Positions 53,968 through 63,824 of a stretch of 64,000 nt of DNA are shown piece after piece. This DNA is from an uncultured Clostridia bacterium. GTDB taxonomy: Bacteria; Bacillota; Clostridia; Christensenellales; CAG-1252. The position numbers and the translations under genes were made by a program. The notes under the pieces are model-generated. The model was not told the origin of the DNA. It worked only from the letters and a program-made list of their open reading frames with translations, and made no database searches. Numbering within the stretch: the stretch's first letter is position 1; each line of letters begins with the position of its first letter. The stretch covers positions 10,150 through 74,149 of the forward strand of contig CALYRM010000003.1 of NCBI GenBank assembly GCA_945482995.1, read 5' to 3'.

Positions 53968-54838
53968 AGATATTTCCTTTGGTCAATATTATCCAACAGG
54001 TTCTATTCTTCATAGGTTAGATCCTCGAGTTAAACTCTTGATTATGCTTGCATACGTCATACTCATTTTCTTTGTCAAGAGTTATATCGGATATATTTTA
54101 TTTGCGCTAATGGTCATTAGTACTGCGCTAATTGCAAGGATTCCATTAAAATCACTTTTCCGCTCGGTTAAGGCTGTGATTTTCTTGGTGTTGTTTATTA
54201 CCATAATTAACGTTTTTTTCTACAAGGGCGAGGGCGAAGCTCTTTGGTCTTGGTGGAAATTGGCGGTATATGTTGACGGCTTGGTTTTCGCTTCAAAAAT
54301 GGCGCTTAGATTAATTTTACTTGTTTTGGGCCCTGCACTTTTGACCTATACCACAACGCCCATGGAACTTACAAACGCTATCGAAAGCCTACTATCTCCT
54401 TTGAAATTGATTAAATTTCCGGTGCATGATTTGGCTGTTATTATGAGCATTGCAATGAGAATGATACCCACGCTTATGGACGAAACCGATCGTATTACCT
54501 TGGCTCAAAAGGCAAGGGGCGCAGATCTCGACACAGGTAATATTTTCAAGAGAATAAAAGCCATGGTTCCCATTCTTGTTCCGCTATTTGTATGCGCTTT
54601 TAGACGGGCGGACGAATTGGCTCTTGCTTTGGAATCGCGTTGCTATGACGCTACTCCAAATCGTACCACGTATAGAGTTTTGAAATTAAAGGGAAGAGAT
54701 TTTCTTTTCTTAATAATGTTTTTGGTATTTATGGCGGCAGTGATTTTGGATGTCGCACTCCCCATATACTATCCATGCGACGCTACTTGGATAGAGGGCT
54801 TTTATGATAACGCCTTTTTCTCGTTATTCGGACTGTAA
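53960..54838 (+). CDS. ecfT: Energy-coupling factor transporter transmembrane component EcfT
   Basis: 292 aa, CbiQ-type helices, conserved AQKARGAD motif. Confidence 0.9.
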   Translation: MLKDISFGQYYPTGSILHRLDPRVKLLIMLAYVILIFFVKSYIGYILFALMVISTALIARIPLKSLFRSVKAVIFLVLFITIINVFFYKGEGEALWSWWKLAVYVDGLVFASKMALRLILLVLGPALLTYTTTPMELTNAIESLLSPLKLIKFPVHDLAVIMSIAMRMIPTLMDETDRITLAQKARGADLDTGNIFKRIKAMVPILVPLFVCAFRRADELALALESRCYDATPNRTTYRVLKLKGRDFLFLIMFLVFMAAVILDVALPIYYPCDATWIEGFYDNAFFSLFGL

Positions 54839-54840
54839 CT

Positions 54841-55572
54841 ATGAGATTGTTGTTGACTATTCAATATAAAGGAACTAATTTTTGCGGTTGGCAAATACAG
54901 CCGAATTGTCGCACGGTACAGCAAACGCTATCAGATGCAATTTTTGAGGTAACGGGCGAAAACGTAACTTTGCACGCTTCGGGTAGAACGGACGCAGGCG
55001 TTCACGCTTTGGGACAGAGAGTGCATTTTGATTCTAATACCAAAATTCCGCCCGAAAAATTGCCTTTTGCTTTGAATACTAATCTCCCGGATGATTTAAA
55101 GGTAATTGCTTGCGAACAAGTTTCGTATGACTTTGACGCTCGCTTTAACGTAAAAAGAAAAACTTACGTATATAAGTTTTATTCTTCACCGCACGAAAAT
55201 CCTATGCTATTTGACGGATATGCGCATTTGCCAATAGTCCCCGACTATCAAAAAATGAGAGCAGCTGCCGACGTTATCGAGGGTGAACACGATTTCAAAT
55301 GCTGTCAAGCGACCGGCGGACACGTAAAAACTACTGTGCGGACGGTGTACTCGATAGATATAAAAAAGGACGGCGAAATTTACGAGATAGCCGTAACAGG
55401 CAACGGATTTTTGTATAACATGGTTAGAATCATTGCCGGTACCATTTATTATGCGGGAATTGGCCGTATTAGTGAAGATGATATAAAATCTGCGTTCCTT
55501 ACAAATGATAGAACGAAAATGGGGATTACTCTTGAAGCAAAAGGATTGTACCTCGTAAAAGTGATGTATTAA
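54841..55572 (+). CDS. truA: tRNA pseudouridine(38-40) synthase TruA
   Basis: YKGTNFCGWQIQ, catalytic GRTDAGVHA, FLYNMVR motif. Conserved ecf-truA synteny. Confidence 0.9.
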   Translation: MRLLLTIQYKGTNFCGWQIQPNCRTVQQTLSDAIFEVTGENVTLHASGRTDAGVHALGQRVHFDSNTKIPPEKLPFALNTNLPDDLKVIACEQVSYDFDARFNVKRKTYVYKFYSSPHENPMLFDGYAHLPIVPDYQKMRAAADVIEGEHDFKCCQATGGHVKTTVRTVYSIDIKKDGEIYEIAVTGNGFLYNMVRIIAGTIYYAGIGRISEDDIKSAFLTNDRTKMGITLEAKGLYLVKVMY

Positions 55573-55601
55573 AAAGGGTTTGTTAATACATCACTTTTTT
55601 A
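55561..55601 (+). terminator. Rho-independent terminator overlapping the truA stop
   Basis: gtgatgtattaa / ttaatacatcac 12-bp stem plus T6. Confidence 0.8.
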
Positions 55602-55621
55602 TGAGCAATATGCAACTATAA

Positions 55622-55740
55622 AATGTCATTCTGAGCTTGTCGAAGACTCTAATTCGCTTTCGTCGTGTCGAGCGAAGCATACGAATCATTTTTAATGTCA
55701 ATTGAAAAATTGCGCATTGCACATTGGTTTAAGTGCGTTG
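55622..55740 (+). repeat. Mosaic repeat cluster
   Basis: atgtcattctgagcttgtcgaagactctaat, cgtcgtgtcgagcgaagcatacgaat, and an attgcgcattgcacatt module. Confidence 0.75.
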
Positions 55741-55750
55741 AACTTAAGCC

Positions 55751-55778
55751 TTGACAAACGCGCCTATAATGTTATAAA
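55751..55778 (+). promoter_or_regulatory. Possible promoter TTGACA-16-TATAAA, ending 9 nt before the ATG at 55788 (no SD)
   Basis: ttgaca aacgcgcctataatgt tataaa atattatag ATG. Confidence 0.45.
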
Positions 55779-55787
55779 ATATTATAG

Positions 55788-56609
55788 ATGAAAAAGAAAC
55801 TTGTTATTCTATTATTAATAATTGTTGTTATCCTTGCCATTAGTTTATCTGGCTGTAATGCTAAGGTTAAAATCGGCGTGCCTTACGATGAATACGTTTA
55901 TGATGACGAAACCGCCGACTTTTTGCCGACGGGCAATTCTATCTCTTTTACCAATGATTTTTTGGGTTACGAGATGACTTTCAATTCAGGCGTTTCGGTT
56001 ATGGGCAAAACGAAACCTTCAGTTAGCGGATATACCCTTGAATTGTCTGACGATGTGTTGACGTTTCTTTCGGGTTTGGACGACTTAATTGAAAAGGACT
56101 ACGAGGCTTATCAAGAAATAGTCAAGCAAATTAAGGACGGAATTACCGTTAATCAACAGGTATATTTGTCGGACGGTATAATTTTTTCTCACTCTTCGAT
56201 AGCAATGCTCAAAGCTGTTGACGGCGAGGGAAGTTATCAAGATATTGACGGAGTCTACGACTATCGACCTGATTCAAACACCAAATTTAGATTGAAAAAT
56301 GGTTTTGTTTACAAAATTACCATAAAAACCGAGGACGGCAAAACCACAGAAACTCAAGAAGAAAAACCGTCGCTTAGGTATGTCATTCAAGATAGAGTCG
56401 TTAAAATGATAAGAATTGACGAGAACGGCAAGGATTTATATCTCGAGGGAAAACTACAAACGACCTCTTATATATATTCGACAATCACATATCCTAAGGA
56501 CTTTTCCGAAGCCTTTAAGGACGGAGATAAGGCAAGCTACGAAAAAGCCAAACAATTGGACGGCTTGACTATCGCAGCACTTACAAACTCGTTTTACAAA
56601 GCAAAATAA
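55788..56609 (+). CDS. Lipoprotein, unknown function
   Basis: 273 aa with lipobox LSGC. Confidence 0.6.
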   Translation: MKKKLVILLLIIVVILAISLSGCNAKVKIGVPYDEYVYDDETADFLPTGNSISFTNDFLGYEMTFNSGVSVMGKTKPSVSGYTLELSDDVLTFLSGLDDLIEKDYEAYQEIVKQIKDGITVNQQVYLSDGIIFSHSSIAMLKAVDGEGSYQDIDGVYDYRPDSNTKFRLKNGFVYKITIKTEDGKTTETQEEKPSLRYVIQDRVVKMIRIDENGKDLYLEGKLQTTSYIYSTITYPKDFSEAFKDGDKASYEKAKQLDGLTIAALTNSFYKAK

Positions 56610-56610
56610 G

Positions 56611-57120
56611 GTGATAACTATGATTAATTTAATGATTGCAATGAATGTCTTTCAGCAGAGCTTTATTTCCTGCTTCGCTATTATGACGATAGTGGGTTTT
56701 TGCCTTATCTACGTAGATAAAAAGAGATGGAAAGAGCATTGCGCAAGATCTGCAGAAATGATGGCGAAGAAAAAGCCACAAGTGGTGGAACTTGACTCTG
56801 CCTTGTCTGAAGAGGAAGCTGTAGTCGATGATAACGATAAAAAGAAGAAGTCAAAAAAAATAAAAAAGGATAAGACGCCGATAAGCGGCGATTTCGAGTA
56901 TAACGGCAGAATAAAAGATAGAGTGTTAATTACCTTAGCCGTATTCTTTTGTGGTTTGGGCGAACTTTTAGGAATGATAATTTTCCGCCATAAATGGTAT
57001 AAATTTCAATACAAAATCGCTATACCGTTACTTGCTTTGCTTAACATTGGAACAGTAATTGTGTTAGTAATCGCTTGCCGTGGCATAAGTGGTGAGATAA
57101 CAAGCAAATTCTTTGGGTAG
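56611..57120 (+). CDS. DUF1294-like membrane protein
   Basis: 169 aa with a GTG start. C-terminal LGELLGMIIFRHKWYKFQYK motif, typical of DUF1294. Lys-rich middle linker. Confidence 0.55.
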   Translation: MITMINLMIAMNVFQQSFISCFAIMTIVGFCLIYVDKKRWKEHCARSAEMMAKKKPQVVELDSALSEEEAVVDDNDKKKKSKKIKKDKTPISGDFEYNGRIKDRVLITLAVFFCGLGELLGMIIFRHKWYKFQYKIAIPLLALLNIGTVIVLVIACRGISGEITSKFFG

Positions 57121-57126
57121 TTTGGT

Positions 57127-58146
57127 ATGGGAGAAAGAAGCTATTTGTATTCGGGCTTGGGAACTGATAAAAAAAAGCCCTTAAGATTTTTAAAGAAAAT
57201 TCAAGAGCAGAACGACAAAGCGTCCAATTTCAAGGTTGGAAGAGGACTTGTTTATCGTAGTTTTTGCATTAATGGAGTACGAATAGAATCTATCGAAAAG
57301 AAGAACACATCCGATAAGGCGATTTTGTTTTTGCACGGCGGTGCATTTTTGCGTGGCTCGGATGATTTTGCAAGAAAGGTTATGGCTCGTTTTTGCAATA
57401 AAACAAATGCGAAAGTGTTTATGCCCGACTATTCCATTATGCCGATAGCCTTTCCAAAGGCAATTGAAGAGGTCGACGTTGTATGGGATTATTTGACAAG
57501 CATTTATCGTCCCGATAATATTCTTTTGTTAGGCGTAGGCTCAGGCGCAAATATTGCGCTCGGGTTGTCGTCAAGATTGGCATTAACCAAAATGCTTTTG
57601 CCGTGCGCTATGGTACTTATCGCTCCTTGGATTGATATGACCGTTTCGGGCGATAGTTACTACGATAAATTTTATTTAGATAAAGCCTTGGGCAATTACG
57701 TTGTCGATTTACCTGATTTACCTGATGCTATCAAAATGAACTTTGTATATGACTACCTAAACGGAGTTGATAGAAAGGATCCTAGAGTATCGCCACTGTT
57801 TGGCAACCTGTACGGCTTGCCGAAAACGCTTATCATTGTAGGTGATTATTCTATAATTCAAAGCGATGCAGAAAGCCTATACAAAAAACTTTGCGAATGT
57901 GGTGTTGACGTTCAGTATATAGTAAGGGATAAGCAAATAGGCGAATACGTTTTGTTTTATAAAACCAACCGCGTGGCTTATAAGGATATGAATACTGTTA
58001 TTGCATTTATCAATTCTATTTTAAATCCACCTAAAGCGGAAGAGAAATCGGAAGAGCCTCAACAAGTAGAAGAAACTCAACAAACGGAAAAAGTCGAAAC
58101 TATAAGTGACGAGGAAATCGGCGCCGATTCGGCTGAAACTCTATAA
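57127..58146 (+). CDS. Alpha/beta hydrolase (hormone-sensitive-lipase-like esterase family)
   Basis: LFLHGGAF oxyanion motif. The nucleophile elbow is divergent (LLGVGSGAN). Glu/Gln-rich C-terminal tail. Confidence 0.7.
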   Translation: MGERSYLYSGLGTDKKKPLRFLKKIQEQNDKASNFKVGRGLVYRSFCINGVRIESIEKKNTSDKAILFLHGGAFLRGSDDFARKVMARFCNKTNAKVFMPDYSIMPIAFPKAIEEVDVVWDYLTSIYRPDNILLLGVGSGANIALGLSSRLALTKMLLPCAMVLIAPWIDMTVSGDSYYDKFYLDKALGNYVVDLPDLPDAIKMNFVYDYLNGVDRKDPRVSPLFGNLYGLPKTLIIVGDYSIIQSDAESLYKKLCECGVDVQYIVRDKQIGEYVLFYKTNRVAYKDMNTVIAFINSILNPPKAEEKSEEPQQVEETQQTEKVETISDEEIGADSAETL

Positions 58147-58168
58147 AAAAGTGCAACGCACTTTTTTT
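58145..58168 (+). terminator. Rho-independent terminator
   Basis: aaaaaagtgc-aac-gcactttttt. Confidence 0.75.
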
Positions 58169-58213
58169 AATGTTCGCTTTGCTAATGTTGGATTTCGTGA
58201 TTGTATGGGGTAT

Positions 58214-58500
58214 ATGTCATTCTTAAACGTAGTCGAAGGTGAATTGACAGCTCTGCTGTCATCCCGAGCGTAGTCGAGGGACCTCATCCCTATTCGTCAT
58301 GTCGACCGCAGTGGAGACATCTCTAAAACGTGGTACAGAACAGTTTTGAAAACGAATATTAAGCGTTCCATAAAAGAATCTCATTCATAACGAATTGCAG
58401 CCGTTAGGTTCAATTCAATTTACGGAGTGCGTAAGTGAAGAGAATTCACGAAACCGAAGGTTTTAAATCACGACGGCAAAGCCGTCAATTCATTCTGAAA
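58214..58500 (+). repeat. Mosaic repeat array, including a diverged copy of the composite element (58286-58500)
   Basis: atgtcattcttaaacgtagtcgaagg, ctgtcatcccgagcgtagtcgagggacctcatcc, then cgtcatgtcgaccgcagtggagacatctctaaaacg...gaattgcagccgttaggttcaattc...gacggcaaagccgtc. Confidence 0.85.
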
Positions 58501-58637
58501 TGCAGACTTCAACATGGAGAAATCTACAATTAATAACTTTACAACTGAATAATTATAGTATATAATTAAATATAGCGGTATCGAAGATTAAAACCGCTTT
58601 GTTATAAAAATAATTTTGTTAAAGGAGAATGTAACAA

Positions 58638-59900
58638 ATGGAAAAATTAACAATAAAGGATATTGACGTTAAGGGTAAAAAATGTTTGGTTAGATGTGAT
58701 TTTAACGTTCCTGTAAAATCGGGCAAAATCACTGACGAAACAAGAATTATGGGTGCTTTGCCTACCATCAAATACTTAATGGAACAAGGCGCAAAGGTTA
58801 TTCTTTGCTCACATTTGGGCAGACCTTTCAATATCTTTAATGCAACTATAGACCGCAAAAAGATTAAACCTGCGGACGCTGAAAAGACTGACGATCAACT
58901 TCGTCAAGAAACAATGGAGAAATGTTCTTTGGAAATTGTTGCAAACAGACTAAACGAGCTTTTGGATAACAAGGTTACTTTTGTAAACGATGTTGTAGGC
59001 GAAGAAGCTGAAAAGGCTGTAAACGCTTGTAAAGAGGGTGAATGTGTATTGCTTCAAAACCTTCGTTTCTACAAGGAAGAAACAAAGAACGATCAAGCAT
59101 TTGCGGAAAAACTTGCTCGTTTCGGTGACGTATATGTAAGCGACGCTTTCGGTACAGTTCATAGAGCTCACGCATCAACCGCAGGTGTTGTTCAATACGG
59201 TTATATCAAGACTGCTGTAGCAGGCTTCTTGATTGAAAAAGAGCTTAACGTTATGGGAAAAGCAATCGAAGAACCTCGTCGTCCTTTCGTAGCTATCTTG
59301 GGTGGTGCAAAGGTTTCTGATAAGATTGGCGTTATTTCCAACTTGATTGAAAAGGTTGATACACTCATTATCGGTGGAGGTATGGCATATACCTTCTTCA
59401 AGGCAAAGGGTTGGAACGTTGGTAATTCATTGTGCGAACTTGACAAGGTTGACCTTGCAAACGATTTGATGGAAAAGGCTAAGGCTAAGGGTGTAAACCT
59501 CTTACTTCCTATCGATACAGTATGTGCAGATAAATTTGATAACGATGCAAATAGAATGGTAAGCGCAGGCGGAGTTCCGGACAATTGGGAAGGCGTTGAT
59601 ATCGGACCTGAAACAGTTAAGCTATTCACGAACGCTTTGAAAGGTGCTCAAACAATCGTTTGGAATGGACCTATGGGCGTATTTGAAATGCCAAACTTCG
59701 CAGTAGGTACCAAAGCAATCGCTGCAGCACTTGCAGAATCTGATGCAATCACCATTATCGGCGGTGGCGACTCTGCAGCAGCAGTTACACAGCTTGGTTT
59801 TGCTTCCAAGATGACTCACATTTCCACAGGTGGCGGCGCAAGCTTAGAGCTTTTGGAAGGAAAAGTTTTACCGGGTATCGAATGTTTAAACAACAAATAG
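58638..59900 (+). CDS. pgk: Phosphoglycerate kinase
   Basis: [30 protein letters not shown] motifs. 420 aa with an extra segment after SHLGRP. Confidence 0.95.
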   Translation: MEKLTIKDIDVKGKKCLVRCDFNVPVKSGKITDETRIMGALPTIKYLMEQGAKVILCSHLGRPFNIFNATIDRKKIKPADAEKTDDQLRQETMEKCSLEIVANRLNELLDNKVTFVNDVVGEEAEKAVNACKEGECVLLQNLRFYKEETKNDQAFAEKLARFGDVYVSDAFGTVHRAHASTAGVVQYGYIKTAVAGFLIEKELNVMGKAIEEPRRPFVAILGGAKVSDKIGVISNLIEKVDTLIIGGGMAYTFFKAKGWNVGNSLCELDKVDLANDLMEKAKAKGVNLLLPIDTVCADKFDNDANRMVSAGGVPDNWEGVDIGPETVKLFTNALKGAQTIVWNGPMGVFEMPNFAVGTKAIAAALAESDAITIIGGGDSAAAVTQLGFASKMTHISTGGGASLELLEGKVLPGIECLNNK

Positions 59901-59943
59901 TTTTACGAAAATAATAATTTGCATAAGCAAAAAGGAGAATATA

Positions 59944-60690
59944 ATGAGAAAACCTATTATCGCAGGAAACTGGAAAATGAATAACAATATCGCTCAAACA
60001 AAGCAATTAATCGCTGATTTAAAGCCATTGGTAGCTGACGCAAAATGCGACGTAGTAGTATGCGCTCCTTACACTTCACTTGCAGCAGCAGTTGAAGCAA
60101 CTAAGGGTAGCAACATCAAAGTTGGCGCAGAAAACGTGCACTGGGCAGAAAAAGGCGCATATACAGGTGAAATTACCGCTGATATGCTTTTGGAATTGGG
60201 TGTTGAATATGTAATCATCGGACACAGCGAGCGTAGACAATATTTCGGCGAAACAGACGAAACGGTTAATCTTCGTGTTAAAACCGCTTTGGCAAAGGGC
60301 TTAAAGGTCATCCTTTGCGTAGGCGAATTGTTGAACGAAAGAGAAGCTGGAATCACCCCCGAAGTTGTTCGTCGTCAAACCAAAATCGCTTTGACGGGCG
60401 TTACACATGAGGACTTAGATAACATCGTTATCGCTTACGAGCCGGTTTGGGCTATCGGTACAGGTAAAACTGCAACCGCTCAAGATGCAAACGATACTAT
60501 CAAGATTATTCGTGATTGTCTCAAAGAGATGTATTGCGAAAAGTGCGGCGAAAAGGTACGTATCCAATATGGTGGAAGTATGAAACCTGCAAACGCAGCT
60601 GAATTAATGGCTATGCCTGAAATCGACGGCGGCTTAATCGGTGGCGCTTCACTAAAAGCAGAAGATTTCTCTAAAATCGTTAATTACTAA
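59944..60690 (+). CDS. tpiA: Triose-phosphate isomerase
   Basis: IAGNWKMN, GHSERR, AYEPVWAIGTG. Confidence 0.95.
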   Translation: MRKPIIAGNWKMNNNIAQTKQLIADLKPLVADAKCDVVVCAPYTSLAAAVEATKGSNIKVGAENVHWAEKGAYTGEITADMLLELGVEYVIIGHSERRQYFGETDETVNLRVKTALAKGLKVILCVGELLNEREAGITPEVVRRQTKIALTGVTHEDLDNIVIAYEPVWAIGTGKTATAQDANDTIKIIRDCLKEMYCEKCGEKVRIQYGGSMKPANAAELMAMPEIDGGLIGGASLKAEDFSKIVNY

Positions 60691-60709
60691 TTTTAATATA
60701 TAAAAACCA

Positions 60710-60750
60710 TTGTCGTCTTGCCTAATATAGGTAAGGACGACAATTTTATT
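60710..60750 (+). terminator. Hairpin plus U-tract between tpiA and gpmI (terminator/attenuator)
   Basis: ttgtcgtcttgcc...ggtaaggacgacaa (8-bp perfect core), then ttttatt. Confidence 0.55.
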
Positions 60751-60757
60751 GAAAACT

Positions 60758-62305
60758 ATGGAAAAAAGATTATATTCAATTATTATTATGGACGGCTTTG
60801 GAATTAACAATGATTCCAAGGGCAACGCTATTAAAGCGAGCGGTACACCTTGCATTAATAAACTTCTTGAAGAGTTCCCTAATACGCAAATCGGTGCAAG
60901 TGGCGAAAATGTTGGTTTGCCCGACGGTCAAATGGGTAACTCCGAAGTTGGACACTTAAATATCGGTGCAGGTCGTATCGTATATCAAGAATTAACAAGA
61001 ATTACAAAAGCTATCAAAGATGGCGATTTTTATGAAAATCCCGCATTGGTTAAGGCTTGCAAACACGCCAAAGAAAACGGCAAGGCTCTTCACATTATGG
61101 GCTTACTCTCAGATGGTGGCGTACATAGTCATATTACACACCTATATGCACTCTTAGAACTTGCAAAAAGACAGGGCTTAAAGGACGTTTTCGTTCACTG
61201 CTTTATGGACGGAAGAGACGTTTCTCCTACGAGCGGACTTGGCTTTATCCGTGATTTAGAAACAAAAATGGCTGAAATCGGAGTGGGTAAAATCGCCGAT
61301 GTAACAGGTAGATTTTATTCTATGGATAGAGACTTTGCATGGGATAGAGTTAATAAAGCATATGATATGATGGTAAACGGCAAGGGCTTGAAGTTTACTG
61401 ACGCCGAAACGCTTATGAATTCAAGCTACGCTAACGGAGTAACCGACGAATTCGTTTTGCCAAGCGTAATTGTTGATGGTGACGGCAATCCTATCGGCAC
61501 GATTAAAAAGGGCGACAGTATGATTTTCTTCAACTTCCGCCCGGACCGTGCAAGAGAAATTACTCGTAGCTTTATTTATGAGGACTTTGATTCCTTCCCT
61601 CGTGAGGGTGGCTGGGTTAACCCATATTATGTTGGCTTTACTCAATATGACGAGACCTTTACAGGTTGGGATATAGCTTTCCGTCCGCAAACTCTTGTAA
61701 ACACATTTGGTGAATACGTTTCAAAACTTGGCTTGAAACAATTAAGAATTGCCGAAACGCAAAAGTACGCTCACGTAACATTCTTCTTTAATGGTGGCGT
61801 TGAAATGGTTAATCCGGGCGAGGATAGAGTTTTGATTCCGTCGCCTAGAATTGCAACCTTTGATATGAAACCCGAAATGAGCGCATATGAAATCACAGAA
61901 AAGGCAATAGAACTGATTAACTCGGGAAAATACGACCTTATGATTTTGAATTACGCAAACTGCGATATGGTTGGTCATACAGGTATCATGGACGCTGCGG
62001 TTAAGGCAGTCGATACCGTTGACGAGTGCGTAGGTAAATTAGCAAAGGCTATTTTGGACGTAGGCGGTATGGCTTTAATTACAGCCGATCACGGCAATGC
62101 GGACGTAATGATTACAGCCGACGGCAAACCTTTTACCGCTCATACAACAAACCCGGTTCCGCTTATTCTACTTGACAACAAACACAAGGATGCCAAACTT
62201 AAAGATGGCGGTAAATTAGCGGATTTAGTTCCAACGTTGTTTGACATTATGGAAATCGAACAACCAAAAGAAATGACAGGTAAATCGTTGTTAGTAAGAA
62301 AATAA
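60758..62305 (+). CDS. gpmI: 2,3-bisphosphoglycerate-independent phosphoglycerate mutase
   Basis: IIMDGFG, NSEVGHLNIGAGR, DGGVHSH, ADHGNA motifs. Start taken as ATG 60758 because the in-frame TTG 60749 of the ORF track lies in the hairpin U-tract. Confidence 0.9.
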   Translation: MEKRLYSIIIMDGFGINNDSKGNAIKASGTPCINKLLEEFPNTQIGASGENVGLPDGQMGNSEVGHLNIGAGRIVYQELTRITKAIKDGDFYENPALVKACKHAKENGKALHIMGLLSDGGVHSHITHLYALLELAKRQGLKDVFVHCFMDGRDVSPTSGLGFIRDLETKMAEIGVGKIADVTGRFYSMDRDFAWDRVNKAYDMMVNGKGLKFTDAETLMNSSYANGVTDEFVLPSVIVDGDGNPIGTIKKGDSMIFFNFRPDRAREITRSFIYEDFDSFPREGGWVNPYYVGFTQYDETFTGWDIAFRPQTLVNTFGEYVSKLGLKQLRIAETQKYAHVTFFFNGGVEMVNPGEDRVLIPSPRIATFDMKPEMSAYEITEKAIELINSGKYDLMILNYANCDMVGHTGIMDAAVKAVDTVDECVGKLAKAILDVGGMALITADHGNADVMITADGKPFTAHTTNPVPLILLDNKHKDAKLKDGGKLADLVPTLFDIMEIEQPKEMTGKSLLVRK

Positions 62306-62321
62306 TATAGGAGAACAATAA

Positions 62322-63785
62322 ATGAGAAAAGCAGGAATTTTAATGCCCTTAGCCTCTCTTCCTTCACCATACGGAATTGGTACAATGGGCGAAGAAGCAA
62401 AGAAATTTATTGATTTATTGTACGATACCGAGCAATACTATTGGCAAGTTTTACCGCTTAATCCAACCTCATACGGTGATTCTCCATATCAATCACCGTC
62501 CGCATTTGCAGGTAGTCCATATTATATTGACTTGCCTACATTGGCAAAAGAAGGCTTGATTACCGAAATGGAATTGAAAAATGCCGAGCATGATACCGAA
62601 AGAGTTGATTACGGCTATATGTTCATTGAGAGAATTGCCCTTTTGCGTAAAGCCTTTTCAAGATTTGACGTAACAAACAAAGACTACGTTGACTTTAAAA
62701 CCAAAGAGGGCGAGTGGTTAAAGGAATATGCGGTATTTATGGCGCTTAAAGTAAAACACAACTACCAATCGTGGGATACTTGGACTCCAAAATATAAGTT
62801 CCGCAAAAACTATGAAAATATAGTCAATGAAACGGCAAAGGAAAGCGAATTCTGGTGCTTTTTACAATACGAATTTTATACTCAATGGGGAGAAATCAAA
62901 AGATACGCAAATTCTAAGGGTATTGAAATTATCGGTGATATGCCTATATACGTTGCGTTTGATAGCGTTGAGGTTTGGTCTAATCCACAAAACTTCTTGC
63001 TTGACGAAAACCTAAATCCAACCATTGTTGCAGGTTGTCCACCCGACGGTTTTTCTCCTGACGGACAACTTTGGGGCAATCCGATTTACGATTGGGAAAA
63101 GATGAGAGCAAACGGTTACATATGGTGGATTGAACGCGTTAGAAAGGCAATGACCTTGTTTGACGTTGTTAGGATCGACCATTTCCGTGGGTTTGAGGCT
63201 TATTATGGAATACCTTTTGGCGACAAAACCGCTGTAAACGGCAAGTGGTATAAGTGCGTAGGCGCAGAACCATTTGAAGCAATAAATAAAGCGCTCAATC
63301 ACCCGAGAATTATTGCCGAAGACTTAGGTCAAATCGACGACGGAGTAAGAGAGGTTTTGAATAAGACAGGTTATCCCGGAATGAAAGTATTGCAATTTGC
63401 TTTCTTTGACGAAGATAACGAATATTTGCCTCGTATGTACAAAAACGGAAACTGCGTTGTTTATACAGGTACGCACGACTCGTTTACCACAAGACAATGG
63501 GCAGAAGACCTTGAAAACGGTGGCGAGGTTAAGAATAGATTTTTGATAGAGAGCAAAAAGGCAACAAGAGAATCTATCACTGACGCTATGATAAGAATGG
63601 CGCTCAACAGTAAAGCCAATTATGCAATCATTCCTTTGGGAGATTATATGAATCTCGGCAAGGAAGCAAGAATCAATGAGCCTTCGACTTTGGGCGGTAA
63701 CTGGGATTGGAGAGTATCGGCTGACTACGACACACCGAAACTAAGAAAAAAGATTACTCGCTTAACCACAATAAGCGGTAGATAA
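62322..63785 (+). CDS. malQ: 4-alpha-glucanotransferase (amylomaltase, GH77)
   Basis: GILMPLASLPSPYGIGT, SPYQSPSAFAG, RIDHFRGF, GTHD motifs. Confidence 0.9.
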   Translation: MRKAGILMPLASLPSPYGIGTMGEEAKKFIDLLYDTEQYYWQVLPLNPTSYGDSPYQSPSAFAGSPYYIDLPTLAKEGLITEMELKNAEHDTERVDYGYMFIERIALLRKAFSRFDVTNKDYVDFKTKEGEWLKEYAVFMALKVKHNYQSWDTWTPKYKFRKNYENIVNETAKESEFWCFLQYEFYTQWGEIKRYANSKGIEIIGDMPIYVAFDSVEVWSNPQNFLLDENLNPTIVAGCPPDGFSPDGQLWGNPIYDWEKMRANGYIWWIERVRKAMTLFDVVRIDHFRGFEAYYGIPFGDKTAVNGKWYKCVGAEPFEAINKALNHPRIIAEDLGQIDDGVREVLNKTGYPGMKVLQFAFFDEDNEYLPRMYKNGNCVVYTGTHDSFTTRQWAEDLENGGEVKNRFLIESKKATRESITDAMIRMALNSKANYAIIPLGDYMNLGKEARINEPSTLGGNWDWRVSADYDTPKLRKKITRLTTISGR

Positions 63786-63820
63786 AAAAAGGGGTTGCGT
63801 GAAGCAATCCCAATTTTTTT
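63784..63820 (+). terminator. Rho-independent terminator after malQ
   Basis: ggggttgc-gtgaa-gcaatccc, then aattttttt. Confidence 0.8.
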
Positions 63821-63824
63821 AATG

